A DNA stretch of 64,000 nucleotides, taken from NCBI RefSeq assembly GCF_016432865.1, contig NC_067399.1:495070001-495134000 (forward strand). The letters are read 5' to 3'. Under the pieces are notes generated by a model. The model had not been told where the DNA came from and did not search any database. It was given only the letters and a program-made list of their open reading frames with translations. Of the stretch, positions 53,873 to 64,000 are shown one piece after another (position 1 is the first letter of the stretch; every line of letters starts with the position of its first letter). Both the position numbers and the translations under genes were made by a program. The stretch comes from Antechinus flavipes. Lineage: Eukaryota.

Positions 53873-54990
53873 GTCACTCAACAAGCATTTGCAAAGTACT
53901 TTCTAAGGGCCAGGCACCCTACTAAGTGCTGGGGATACAAAGAAACACGGTCCTTGCCCACCAGGAACTCACATTCTAATACAAGTACATACGTGTGAGA
54001 TGTTTAGAAGAAAAGGCACCGATGGGGGAGGGGAAGCAAGGTCTCCTGCAGAAGGTGGGGTTTGACCTGAATCCTGAAAGGAGCCGGGGGAGACGGGACA
54101 TAGAAGTAAGGAGGGAACGTTGCAGGGGGGCGGGACAGGCAGGGCACAGAAGGTGGCGACTCAGGGTGATTGTGCAAGGAACAGCAAGTGATGCGGGATC
54201 ACGGAGGAGGAGTGTGCGGCGGGACCAGAAAGGCAGGAAGAGGCCAGATGGTGTAGAACCTCGAAGGCAAACAGAACTGATCTCTCTGCTGGGATAGCAG
54301 CCCCGCAGCAAGGCCGCTGAGAAGCGCCTTGTGAATTCCGCTCTGTGGGAAGATCACTTGGGCCCCTGAGCGCAGGACGGACGGGGTGACGTGTGCCGGG
54401 CCGTGGCTCTGGGCGGTGGGACGAAGGCTCGTACACGAAAGGCGAGGGCGAGGGGGTCTGTGGGTGCGTGCCAGAGCGAAGCTGGGAGCCCGGGAGGATG
54501 GCACTGCTCTCAACAGAAAGAGGAAAGTTGCGAAGGAGGCAGGTCTGGGGGAAACGACCGGGAGGGCTGTTTGGGATAGGCCCAACGGGACAATCAGTTT
54601 GAGATGCCCAGAAGGCAGCCGATCGTTCAGCCTGAACTTGGGAAGCGGTTAGGGCTGGAGAATGAGGAAATCTTCTGCATGACAAGTGACCATGGGAATG
54701 GAGGTCACAAGGGAGGCGGTAGGGAAGGAGGAGAGGTGATGGCCCGGTGCAAGCCACTGTGAAAGGAGACTGGGAAGAGGTGGGAGAAAGAGGAGGGAGC
54801 AATGTCCCAGAAACTTCGGAGGGAGAAGAGGGCGAGCAGTGGGATCCCAAATTTCAGAAAGATCAAGTTGGGCAACGAGGAGAGATTGGGTGAGAACCCC
54901 GGCAACTCCAGCGAGCAGTTTCAGCCCAATGACGAGGTCAGAAGCCAGACAGAAGAGTTAAGAAGAGAGTGAAAGGAAAGGAAGTGGAGG
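53873..54990 (-). mobile_element. L2 fossil in PLTP intron 10 with a CpG-rich core
   Basis: Reverse-complement L2 3' end tcaacaagcattt..caggcacc..ctaagtgctggggatacaaag; ORF2-like remnant SVLRSGAQVIF. Confidence 0.65.
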
Positions 54991-55608
54991 TGCCTCGGGT
55001 AGACACTTGTGACATTCTGGAAGTGACCTTTGGTTCTCCAGGTCAGGGCCTCTCAAGAGAGAAAGGATTCTTCTCTACTGCAGGGACAGGCTGTGTAACC
55101 ACGCTGACTAACTTCAGGGAGACTTCTCGCCAGGGTTTTTGATTTTTGCCCTCAAAAATTCTTGAAGAGCATTTTCCAAGTTATAGAGGGTTATAGATCT
55201 GCATGGACAGAGGAAGCACCCACATTAAAATCACAGATCTTTGAAATATCTGTTCTGTGGCAAGGACCAAGAAGACTGATCCTCCCCTGTTATTGTATAA
55301 ATTGTATTGTATTGTATAGATAAAGAAATTTGAGCCAGAGAAATAAAATGACTTCCCTAAAGTCACACATTAAGTAATAGAGTCAGAACTCAAACTCAAG
55401 TTTTCTTATTCCAGATGCTGAACTCTTACTTCATCCATCTAGAGATAGGGCTCTGGGTTTCCTCTTGAGCCCCGCAACTGGAGCACACACTCCCCAGGGT
55501 AAGAGTATATACCTAACCTATGGAAACATACTGTTATATCCATTCCCTTCTCAGAGTGAATTTTCCCTCCCTCACATACAGCCAATTCCATTCTCCCATG
55601 CCTCTCAC

Positions 55609-55668
55609 CAACAAGATGATGCTTCCGAAGAAAGTGGCCCTCAGTACCATGTCCAGGTCTTTGGGCAC
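55609..55668 (-). CDS. PLTP: PLTP exon 10
   Basis: VPKDLDMVLRATFFGSIILL; 60 nt. Confidence 0.95.
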
Positions 55669-55775
55669 CTGAGTCAAGAAAAGAAAAAGAGAGGAGGAGA
55701 AAAACTTGAAAGTTAGACTTGAGAGGTCAAATAGGCCAGTTTTCTGTGAATTTTCTCAAGATCATCCTTATTTTT

Positions 55776-56059
55776 TTTAATAATAGCTTTTTATCCTCAA
55801 AATATATGCAAATAATGTCTTCAACATTGACCCTTGCAAAACTTTGTGTTCCAAATTTTTCTCCTTCCCTCCCCCCAAGACAGCATGTAATCCAATATAT
55901 GTTAAACATGTACAATTCTTTTATACGTATTTCCACATTTATCATGCTGCATCTCTCCATCACAAGTCTACTGGAATTGGCCTGAATCACCTTATTATTG
56001 AAAAGAACCCTATCTATCAGAGTTAATCATCACATAATCTTCTTGTTGCTGTGTACAAT
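55776..56059 (-). mobile_element. Truncated, internally deleted L1 3' end in PLTP intron 9
   Basis: Perfect 15-bp TSD atcatccttattttt at 55761-55775 and 56060-56074. Confidence 0.82.
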
Positions 56060-56211
56060 ATCATCCTTATTTTTGAACATTCTAGTGACAGGGAGCTTGC
56101 CACTTCACGAGGTAGAAAGAGTCTTCCATCTGATTCACTCCTTCACTCTGCGTCCTCTCACTCCCATGCTGACCCCAGACTCTCTGTGGAACAAGTACCA
56201 CATCATCTCAC

Positions 56212-56388
56212 CTTGTCCCCAACAAGCTCCAGCCGAAGCACTCCAGCCCGAAAATAACTATCCATGGCAGAGTCAAAGAAGAACTCAGAAAAGGCCACGT
56301 AGACCATTCTTTCCTCTTCCTGAAGCTGAGGCTCCACAGCCTGGTTAGGGAAGCTGGTGTTGGCCTCCGAGAGAGGGAAGAAGGCTCC
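56212..56388 (-). CDS. PLTP: PLTP exon 9
   Basis: GAFFPLSEANTSFPNQAVEPQLQEEERMVYVAFSEFFFDSAMDSYFRAGVLRLELVGDK; 177 nt. Confidence 0.96.
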
Positions 56389-56516
56389 CTAGAGACAGGA
56401 GAGAAAAGTCTGAAGGTCTCAGCATGAGCAGTCTCGAAGAGGGATGTTTAGACAGGAAAACACTTAGATGGGGTCAAGAGTCAGGCTCAGCTCCGGGTCC
56501 CAAGCTGGAAACTCAC

Positions 56517-56608
56517 CCGGAAATCCATGTCCAGGTTGCTGGCTGAGGTCACTGGATCACTCAGGAGGGAATAGTCTATACCAACATGCTGGTCCACTGC
56601 ACTGCGTA
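56517..56608 (-). CDS. PLTP: PLTP exon 8
   Basis: VRSAVDQHVGIDYSLLSDPVTSASNLDMDFR; 92 nt. Confidence 0.96.
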
Positions 56609-56789
56609 CTGTAGGGAGGGAAGGTTTGTTTCACACTTACTTCAATCACCACCCAACTCGATGACTTTTAATGAGGCAGCCTATATAGAATTATGCTTCC
56701 TCGGAGTCTGAGGAGAAATGGTTTCTTTATCTAAGATCTGAGCTCTAGTCTTACCTCTTAAAAGTAAGTGGGTCATAACACTTGCACTA

Positions 56790-57027
56790 ACTTGTTCAGT
56801 TGTTTTCAATCCTGTCCTGCTCTCTGTGACCCCGTTTGGAGTTTTCTCGGCAGAGATACCGCAGTGTTTTGCTCTTTCCTTCTCCAGCTTATTTTACAGA
56901 TGAGGAAACTGAGGTAAACAGTTAAGTGACTTGTCCAGGATCATATGGCTAGTAAGTGTCTGTAGCCCCATTTGAACTCAGGTCTCCTGACTCCAGGGCT
57001 GGTGCTCTGTCATCACCTTGCTACCCC
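56790..57027 (-). mobile_element. MAR1-like CORE-SINE
   Basis: ttgttcagttgttttcaat..gtgaccccgtttggagttttc..acagatgaggaaactgagg..tttgaactcagg. Confidence 0.7.
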
Positions 57028-57754
57028 TGGACCTCAGTTTCCTAATCTGTAAAATGACTGGATGACTGGAGTAGAAAGGTGGGAGTCCCCTCCAGCTCTA
57101 AATGCCAAGATCCTGTAACTGTGGAATGTACTCTGTTCCACAAAGGAAGCCAGCCCATCATTACTTTATTTAAAGCTCTTATTTCTACAGTACTTCACAA
57201 TTTACAAAGTACTTTCCTTATGACAACATTCCATAAGAAGCAGTGCAAATACAAGGTGCTGCTCATCTTGGAGAAAGTAAATCAAGCAACAGAAGCATTA
57301 AACTAGCTGTCCAGCATCACCCAGATAAGGGATGAGCAGAGGCCAGTCCTCGTCTCCTGGCTGTTCCTCAAGCTTCTTTCTCCTCACACCCTGACTCAAA
57401 CTCCTGGTCAGCAGGTACTATGTCTTCTCCTTCCCACGTATTAAGGGGCAGCAAGACCCAGTAAAGAAACTCATATCAGGAAGTGCAAGGTTCAAATCTC
57501 TCCTCAGATGCTCACCAGGGTATGTGAACACAGAGAAGTCATGAAAACTTTGTCTGAGTCTAGTTATTCCAACTTTAAAATGGGAACTAAAAGAATAGCA
57601 CCTACTTTACAGGATTGTTGTGAGGGTCAGATGAGTTAATGGACAGAGGCAGTGTGGTGTAATGTACAAAATGTTGTTCTTAGAATCCAAGGGCTGTGGA
57701 TCGAATCCTGGATTGGTTATTATCTGAATGAACTTAGAACCTTAAACAAGTTGC

Positions 57755-57862
57755 TTAATCTCTCTGGATCTCAGTTCTTCTTCTGTCAATTTAACCTCTC
57801 TGGGTCTCAGTTCCTCTTCTGCCAATTTTACCTCCCTGGGTCTCAGTTCTTCCTCTGTTGAA
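57755..57862 (+). repeat. 3 x 36-bp tandem repeat derived from a MIR/CORE segment
   Basis: Units at 57755-57790, 57791-57826 and 57827-57862 (ttaacctctctgggtctcagttcctcttctgccaat-like). Confidence 0.8.
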
Positions 57863-58508
57863 TGAGTAGATCAGACTAAATCTTAGTTTCCTTCTAGCCT
57901 GAAATCTATGAAAAAAATTAATGTACATGTATACCCTCTCCCCTGCCAAAAATGTTTTGCATGTAATTAGGGAAAATAAAAATAGAAAAATAAAATAAAA
58001 TTAAAACATCATTTCCACTGAGGGAATCATAAGTTTCTGATGTGGAAATTTACCACCAAAAAAAAAAAAACTTATGAAAAAGAGTAAAGCATTTTGAAAA
58101 CCTTGAAGGGTTATGTAAATGTCAGCTATGACCGTCACTCTCTATAATATTTTCTATACACAAGTTTGTTGTGAGGCTCACATAAGATAGTTCATGTTGA
58201 GCATTGCCTGAAAACTCCAGAAAGACAAATAGCTGTGCTGAATGCCTACTGAAAGGCAGGTAAGACAGGCCAGAGGAAAGGACACCAGGACCTCAATGCC
58301 AAGGCCTTCACCTGGCCAGAGACCATTTCTGTCCAATGGGTGACACAGTTTTTATTCAGGGAAAAGACAAACTAGATTTGAGCCCCCCACCTTAAAATTT
58401 TGAGCCCTCTTTCCCAAAGCTATCAACAATGGGTAAGTATTTATGGGGAGGCAAGGCAGGCCCTGCTCACCAACTAGCTGAGATAAGACAGTAATAATAA
58501 TTATAACT

Positions 58509-58743
58509 AGGGCAGCTAGGTTGTGCAGTGGTTAGAGCACTGGGCATGCAATCAGGAACACTCATCTTCCTGAGTTCAAATTCAGACTCAGATACTTTTC
58601 TGTCATCCTGAGCAAATCCCTTAACTCTGTTTGCCTGTTTCTTCATCTGTAAAATCAGCTGGAGAAGGAAATGTCACACAATTCCAGTGTCTTTGCCAAA
58701 AAAAAAACCCAAATGGGATCACAAAATGACTGAATAACAACAA
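58509..58743 (+). mobile_element. MAR1-like CORE-SINE
   Basis: tRNA-like head gggcagctagg..gagttcaaa, CORE, tail ctccagtgtctttgccaa-like..caacaa. Confidence 0.7.
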
Positions 58744-59770
58744 AAAATAACCATTACACATTTCTAGAGTTTACAAAAGACTGGTTCCACATTTATCTTG
58801 TGGGTTAAGGAAAGTATCATCGTTTCCATTTTATTTATGAGAAAAAAACTAAGGTTCAGAGGAGTGACTTGCCCAAAGTAATAAAGCTGGTAAGTGCTGG
58901 CTGTAGTCAGGGCCCGAGTCCTCCAGATTGCCTCATGCTTATTTGGTATGTATTCTGTATGTATTTGTGTGCCTGCCTATTGTCTCTACCAATAAAATAC
59001 AATTTTATTGAAAGTAGGGACAGTTTCATTTCTGGTTTTGTATTCTTACCGCCTGGCACAACACCTGCCCAGTTATTGTTTGGTCATGTCTGACTTCACG
59101 GACCCATTTGGGGTTTTCTTGACAGGCACTGGTGAGGTTTGCCATTTTGCTTTCCAGATCATCTTACATGTGAGAAAACTGCAGCAAACAGAGCTAAGCC
59201 ACTTGCTCAGGATCACAGTTAGTCAGAAGAGTCTTCCTGAGCCCAAGCCCAATGCTCTATCCACTGCATCACCTGGCTGCCCCGTAGAAAGTGACTTGCC
59301 CAGGGTCAATGAGTAAAAGGGTAGAGTCAAGTCTCTTGATTCCAAGGCTAGTGTGTTCACTCTTTCTCTCCCTACTCCTTCCCCTCTTTCCTGTTTATCT
59401 GTCTGTCTCTCACAAACAGGTCTTTTCCTTACATATAAGCAGTCACCCACTTATATATAAATGGATCACAAATATACACATATATTCAACCCCACCTCAT
59501 AACAAAAAAGCTGTTAAGCAAAGACACAGAACCACTGTATGTGCTGCATGTAACCTTCTGCACCCATGAGCCTTCATGTCCCTCAGATGTCCACCTCACC
59601 CTCCCAGGCTTCCTCAGTGTGAACAACGTACTTGCTAAAGTTCTGGAGAGACACTCCCAACCTTGGGACTTCTCATCCCCCACAGACCTGCTGCGAGTGG
59701 GTGGAAGAGGGCACCAGGGGAGAAGGCAAAAGTACATGCACTCCAACCTTTTCTGGCTTCCATGACTTAC

Positions 59771-59834
59771 CCGGCACTGTGTCCAGGAGGGAATTGAGCA
59801 GGACCAGCCCCGCATGGTGTAGCACGGGGCAGAT
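59771..59834 (-). CDS. PLTP: PLTP exon 7
   Basis: ICPVLHHAGLVLLNSLLDTVP; 64 nt; donor gtaagt. Confidence 0.96.
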
Positions 59835-59998
59835 CTGGGGATCATAATATGAGCATCAGCACCAGATCCCCCTCTGCGCATTCTCCCCACCCCACCCGCT
59901 CCTTCTCCCTATTCCTGCCTGGTCCGGCCATCTCTCATGCTCCCACCCCCCTGCTATGCCCGGGCCCTCCGAGCCCCCGCCCCTGACTCCCGCATCAC

Positions 59999-60062
59999 CT
60001 GTTGGTTGAGAAGGAAGCGCATGCCTGAGATGATGAAAGTAGAGAGGAACTCATAGATCTTC
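59999..60062 (-). CDS. PLTP: PLTP exon 6
   Basis: KIYEFLSTFIISGMRFLLNQQ; 64 nt. Confidence 0.96.
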
Positions 60063-60893
60063 CTGCAAGAAGGGAGGGAGCAGAGAACAGCCCATTAAAC
60101 ATCGTCCCAGCCCGGCCTTGCCCCTGACAGGCGTGGAGGGGACTGACTAGGGGAGGCTGGGGCATGGGAAGGGGTAAAGTTTGGTACCACAAGCAGGGCC
60201 AAACCGGATGGGGGTGGGTAGAAGGCAGGGCTCAAGACACATTTCATCATTTCCCTCTCACCCTCAACATCTGTGTCCCAGTGGATACAGTGAAGAGGGA
60301 GAAAGAGAACAGCCCTGCAGACCTCATCCTCGTCTCCCAGCAGAGTCACTTCCCAACCAGGCCTCCTTACCTCATCCCCAACAGGCTGAAACCTATCCCT
60401 CTGCTACACCGCTCCCTCTCCCAAGTCCTCCTGTCAGTCCTGGCTTCCTGGCCCAGTGTCGGCTCATCCAGGAAGCCTTCCTTGATCCCCACCCCCCAGC
60501 TAAAAGTGACAGCTCCCTTTTCTGTACTTTTGCATCCTTAATGGATTCACCTTGAATATGTGTTTTGTCCTTTACCCGATTCCATTAGACAGTAAAAACT
60601 CTATGGGGACAGGGAACATGTCTCATTTATTTCCTATCAATGCCTAAGATGGGCCAAGAACACAGCAGACACTCAATGGCTCTTACTCTAGCCTAGTACC
60701 TTCTTCCCCACCCACAATTGGGCGTAAGCTGAATGAAGCCCCTTTACATCCAAGACTGGAACAACTAACTATGCTGTGGGCTGAGGAACGGCCGGAGCCC
60801 CCCAGGAGCCTTCTCCCACCCAGCATGAGGAAGGGAAGTCCGTAGGGAGAACGTCAGCAGGAATGGGGCTCTGGAGGCAAGGAGAAGCCTCAC

Positions 60894-61049
60894 TTGAAGG
60901 TCCCCCCAAAGGCAGCGTGCATCTTGGAGACAGAAGCTCCACAGGAGACGTTGGAAACTTTCATTCGACCGCCAGGGTCTCTGGCCAACTGCAGGGCCGT
61001 ATGGATGGACACACCTTCGGCCGAAGCATCCACGTAGCCCCCGTCGTAA
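60894..61049 (-). CDS. PLTP: PLTP exon 5
   Basis: YDGGYVDASAEGVSIHTALQLARDPGGRMKVSNVSCGASVSKMHAAFGGTF; 156 nt. Confidence 0.96.
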
Positions 61050-61317
61050 CTGCCAAAAGGAACACCCAGAAGGAAATCAGGATAGAGCACCTACTGTGCG
61101 CAGGGCACTTTACATTGTTTCCATCGATCCTAACAGCCACCCTGGTTGGTAGGTGCTACTGTGACTCCTCTCATTACACAGTTGAAGAAACACACTGCCA
61201 GCAAATGTCTGACTCTCTGCACCACCTGGCTGCCTTCGAGAGAAGGGGCTCAGACAAACCCACCCCCACCGACCCCCTCCCCAGCCCTCCCTGTCCCAGC
61301 CCCCGCCCTGCACTCAC

Positions 61318-61446
61318 AGGAACCAGTAGAGCAGCTGCCGGCGGAAGCGGAGGCTGATGGAGGCATTGCTGATGTACAGGATCAGGTCGTGGTTTGGCTG
61401 GAAGTACAGTTCTGACTGGACCAGCTGCAGTTTGGTCACCTTCACC
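61318..61446 (-). CDS. PLTP: PLTP exon 4 (exons 1-3 not found in the window)
   Basis: VKVTKLQLVQSELYFQPNHDLILYISNASISLRFRRQLLYWF; 129 nt. Confidence 0.95.
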
Positions 61447-61554
61447 CTAGAGGGACAGGGCATGGGAGGCTCAGAGCCAGGCTGTCCCAGCCTTAGACCC
61501 CCTCCAGGCAAAAACAGGATAGCTGGAATAATCCCTAGTAACTCTGGAGAGGGT

Positions 61555-61770
61555 CAGCGTGCTCAGTGGAGAGCGCGGGCCCTGGAGGCAGGAGGACTGC
61601 AGGCCTATCCAGCTCAGACATTTACTAGCTGTATGACCCTGGACGAGTCACTTAACCCGATTTGCCTCAGTTTCCTTATCTGAAAAGAGAGCTGGCACAT
61701 AAAGAGAGTTGGCAAAGTGTCTTTGCCAAAAAAATCCCAAAATGGAGCCGGAAGAATCAGACAAAACAAT
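61555..61770 (+). mobile_element. MAR1-like CORE-SINE
   Basis: Head and CORE cttaacccgatttgcctcagtttccttatctg; tail gtgtctttgccaaaaaaatcccaaaatgg. Confidence 0.6.
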
Positions 61771-64000
61771 TTTAGATTCCTTTCTTCTTCCTGTAAGCAT
61801 TATGAGAGGAGGGCCACCTCACTGCTCATTCAACTCGACCTGAGAAGACAGACAACACATGGCCTTGCTCTCCCAGGGAGGTTCCTCGTTCTGACTTCGG
61901 GGCCGCGCTCTGTCCACCCAGCCATCCAGCTGCCCACCATGTACGATGTCAAAGTTGGATGGACCTTAGCTTGTTTTACAGGGGAAAAAACTGAGGCATA
62001 GAATCTCAAAATTGGAAAGGAGCCCAGACATCCTCTAGTTCAACCCACCCCTGAAAGGGAATCCCTTCTACCACTTCCATGATAATTATTATTCAGTCTC
62101 CACCTGAATAAATAATAACAGCGAATATTTATATGGTGCTTTAAAATATGTTAAGCACTTCACAAATATCATCTCATTTGATGAATTCCATTTTAGGGAA
62201 AATACTATCTTCCAAAGCAACTCATTCCTCTTTTGGACAAATGGAAGGTTTTTCTTTCATCCAACCAAAACTAGTCGTTCTGAATCTACCCCCTCTTTGT
62301 TTCCCATTCTGTTTTCTGAGTCAAGCAGAAAAAAATCTTTCCCATGAAAGCATACCCCAAAGACTTGAAGACAATAATCGCTACCTTCTTTTAATCTTCT
62401 CCTCTCAAAAAAAAAAAAAAAGAAAGCATTCCCAGCTTCTTCAACCATTTGCCTTGGGTGACAACTTATCCAAGTTTGTCCATTGAGTTAATGGCAGAAA
62501 TGTGACTCATACTTATACTCCCAGACTCTTTCTATTCCTTCTATGGCTTAACCTCAGTACCTTTTCCTGACCCAGCTTTAGGAGGATGTAGGAAGTGAGT
62601 TCAAAGGTGATTACTTCCTTACCCGAAACCAGTATTATGAGAAAGTATGCCCAGGATCCCTTGTAGGTGGGATTCCGTTACAGGCACTGCTGGAAGGTGA
62701 AAACTGTACTGGCCTAGCAGTCAAGAGGCTTGGATTAGAGTGCTAGCTCTGCTACTAATCAGCTGTGTGACTTTGAATAAATCCCATCCCCTCCCCTGGT
62801 TGGAGGGGATGGGGGAAAGTGGGGGAGAGTGTGGATTCAATCTCTCTGCTCTGGACATTTTTTCTGTCTCCCATGCTTGGAATAATCTCCCTCTTAAATT
62901 CTTCCTACTGCCTTCCTTGGTTTCTTTTAAATCCAACTGAAACCCTTTTACAGGAAGTTTTCCCCAATCCCTCTTGATTCCAGTACCTTCCCTCTGTTAA
63001 TAATTTCCTCTTTATCCTGTATATATCTTGCCTATATATATTTGATTGCTTGTTGTCTCCCTCATTAGATCATAAGTTCCTGGATGCCAGGGAATGGTTT
63101 TTGCTGCTTTTTGTTTCTTAAGCACTTAGTGCTTAGTGCATAGTAGGTGCTTAATAAATGTTATTGATTGGACTCGATCAGTTCTTAGCCTTTTTTAGGT
63201 CATAGATCTTTTTAGCAGTCTGGTGAAGCCTCTGGATCCTTTCTCAGAATGATGTTTTTTAAATAGGTAAGCAAGCATATACATAAATTGGCACAAACAA
63301 GATAAATACGGAATGGAGGAAAGATAACCTCGGAAGGGATGCAATTCCTTAGCTGGGAGGTTGTAAAATGCCTACTGCAGTTGGGGGTCTCAAATGGAGC
63401 CAGAGAGTATAAAAGGGGGAGATTTGAGAACATTCCAGGGAGGAGGGACGGATGCAAAGGCAATGAACTGGGAGACAGAGAAACCTTCCTGTGTGATCTC
63501 TCAGCCCCAAATGCGAATATCTCCTACCCAAATTACTTTGCATATTTTTTTTGCATCTACTTATATGGGCAGGCAGTGTACCCTTCCCAAGAGAGTCCAG
63601 GGTCGTTCCCGGATTAGCACTCTGCCTGTCACACAGTAGGCACTTGTTTGGGGAATGCTGTGGATTGCTAAGTGATCTCCAAAAGTTCCTTCCAGCTCTA
63701 AATCTCACAAGCTTATAAAGCTACAAACACTGGCTCACTAGACCTCTGGCAAAGATGGGCTGCCAAAGTTGGGAAACACTGTGGCACAAAAACCTCTCTG
63801 GGCCTTAAGTTTCTCATCTATAAAATGAGACAGTTAAACTAAAGGGCTTTGAAGGTCTTTCCCAGCTCTATACTTGTATGTTAATGGACTATGTCCAAGT
63901 AAAGAAATTCTGACTTGAATTCAGACGTAGCTCAGCCGTAGCACAGCCCATTCCCCACTGCACCCCCTCCCAGACTTTTAGCCTGAGCTCCCCCAATCCC

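Noticed and set aside
54161-54850. 229-aa minus-strand ORF in PLTP intron 10
   Set aside because: Low-complexity Pro/Ser-rich frame over a GC-rich L2 fossil with a non-ATG start; not a credible gene.

Overview
Marsupial genomic DNA, probably dasyurid given the WSINE1-, MAR1- and L1-like repeats. It is syntenic with human 20q13.12. Hand-reconstructed GT-AG exons give SNX21 last exon (+), ACOT8 (-, 311 aa, PTS1 SKL), ZSWIM3 (+, 715 aa, 19.6-kb intron), ZSWIM1 (+), SPATA25 (-, 232 aa), NEURL2 (-, 281 aa), CTSA (+, 473 aa) and PLTP exons 4-16 (-, 5' end outside the window). ACOT8/ZSWIM3 and NEURL2/CTSA are head-to-head pairs on CpG islands; SNX21/ACOT8, ZSWIM1/SPATA25 and CTSA/PLTP are tail-to-tail. 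Content the ORF track does not show: a decayed full-length SLC35C1 (GDP-fucose transporter) retrocopy between ZSWIM3 and ZSWIM1; a TSD-flanked ORF1-only HAL1-like retroelement; nested L1 insertions with readable TSDs; competing ZSWIM1 splice acceptors that switch one AUG between a uORF and an N-terminal extension; and a CpG-island-like patch inside an L2 fossil in PLTP intron 10. I found no evidence for a wholly new biological system, and no CRISPR, rRNA or tRNA genes. Gene and repeat identities come from recalled sequences, not database searches. Repeat boundaries are approximate unless a TSD is given.
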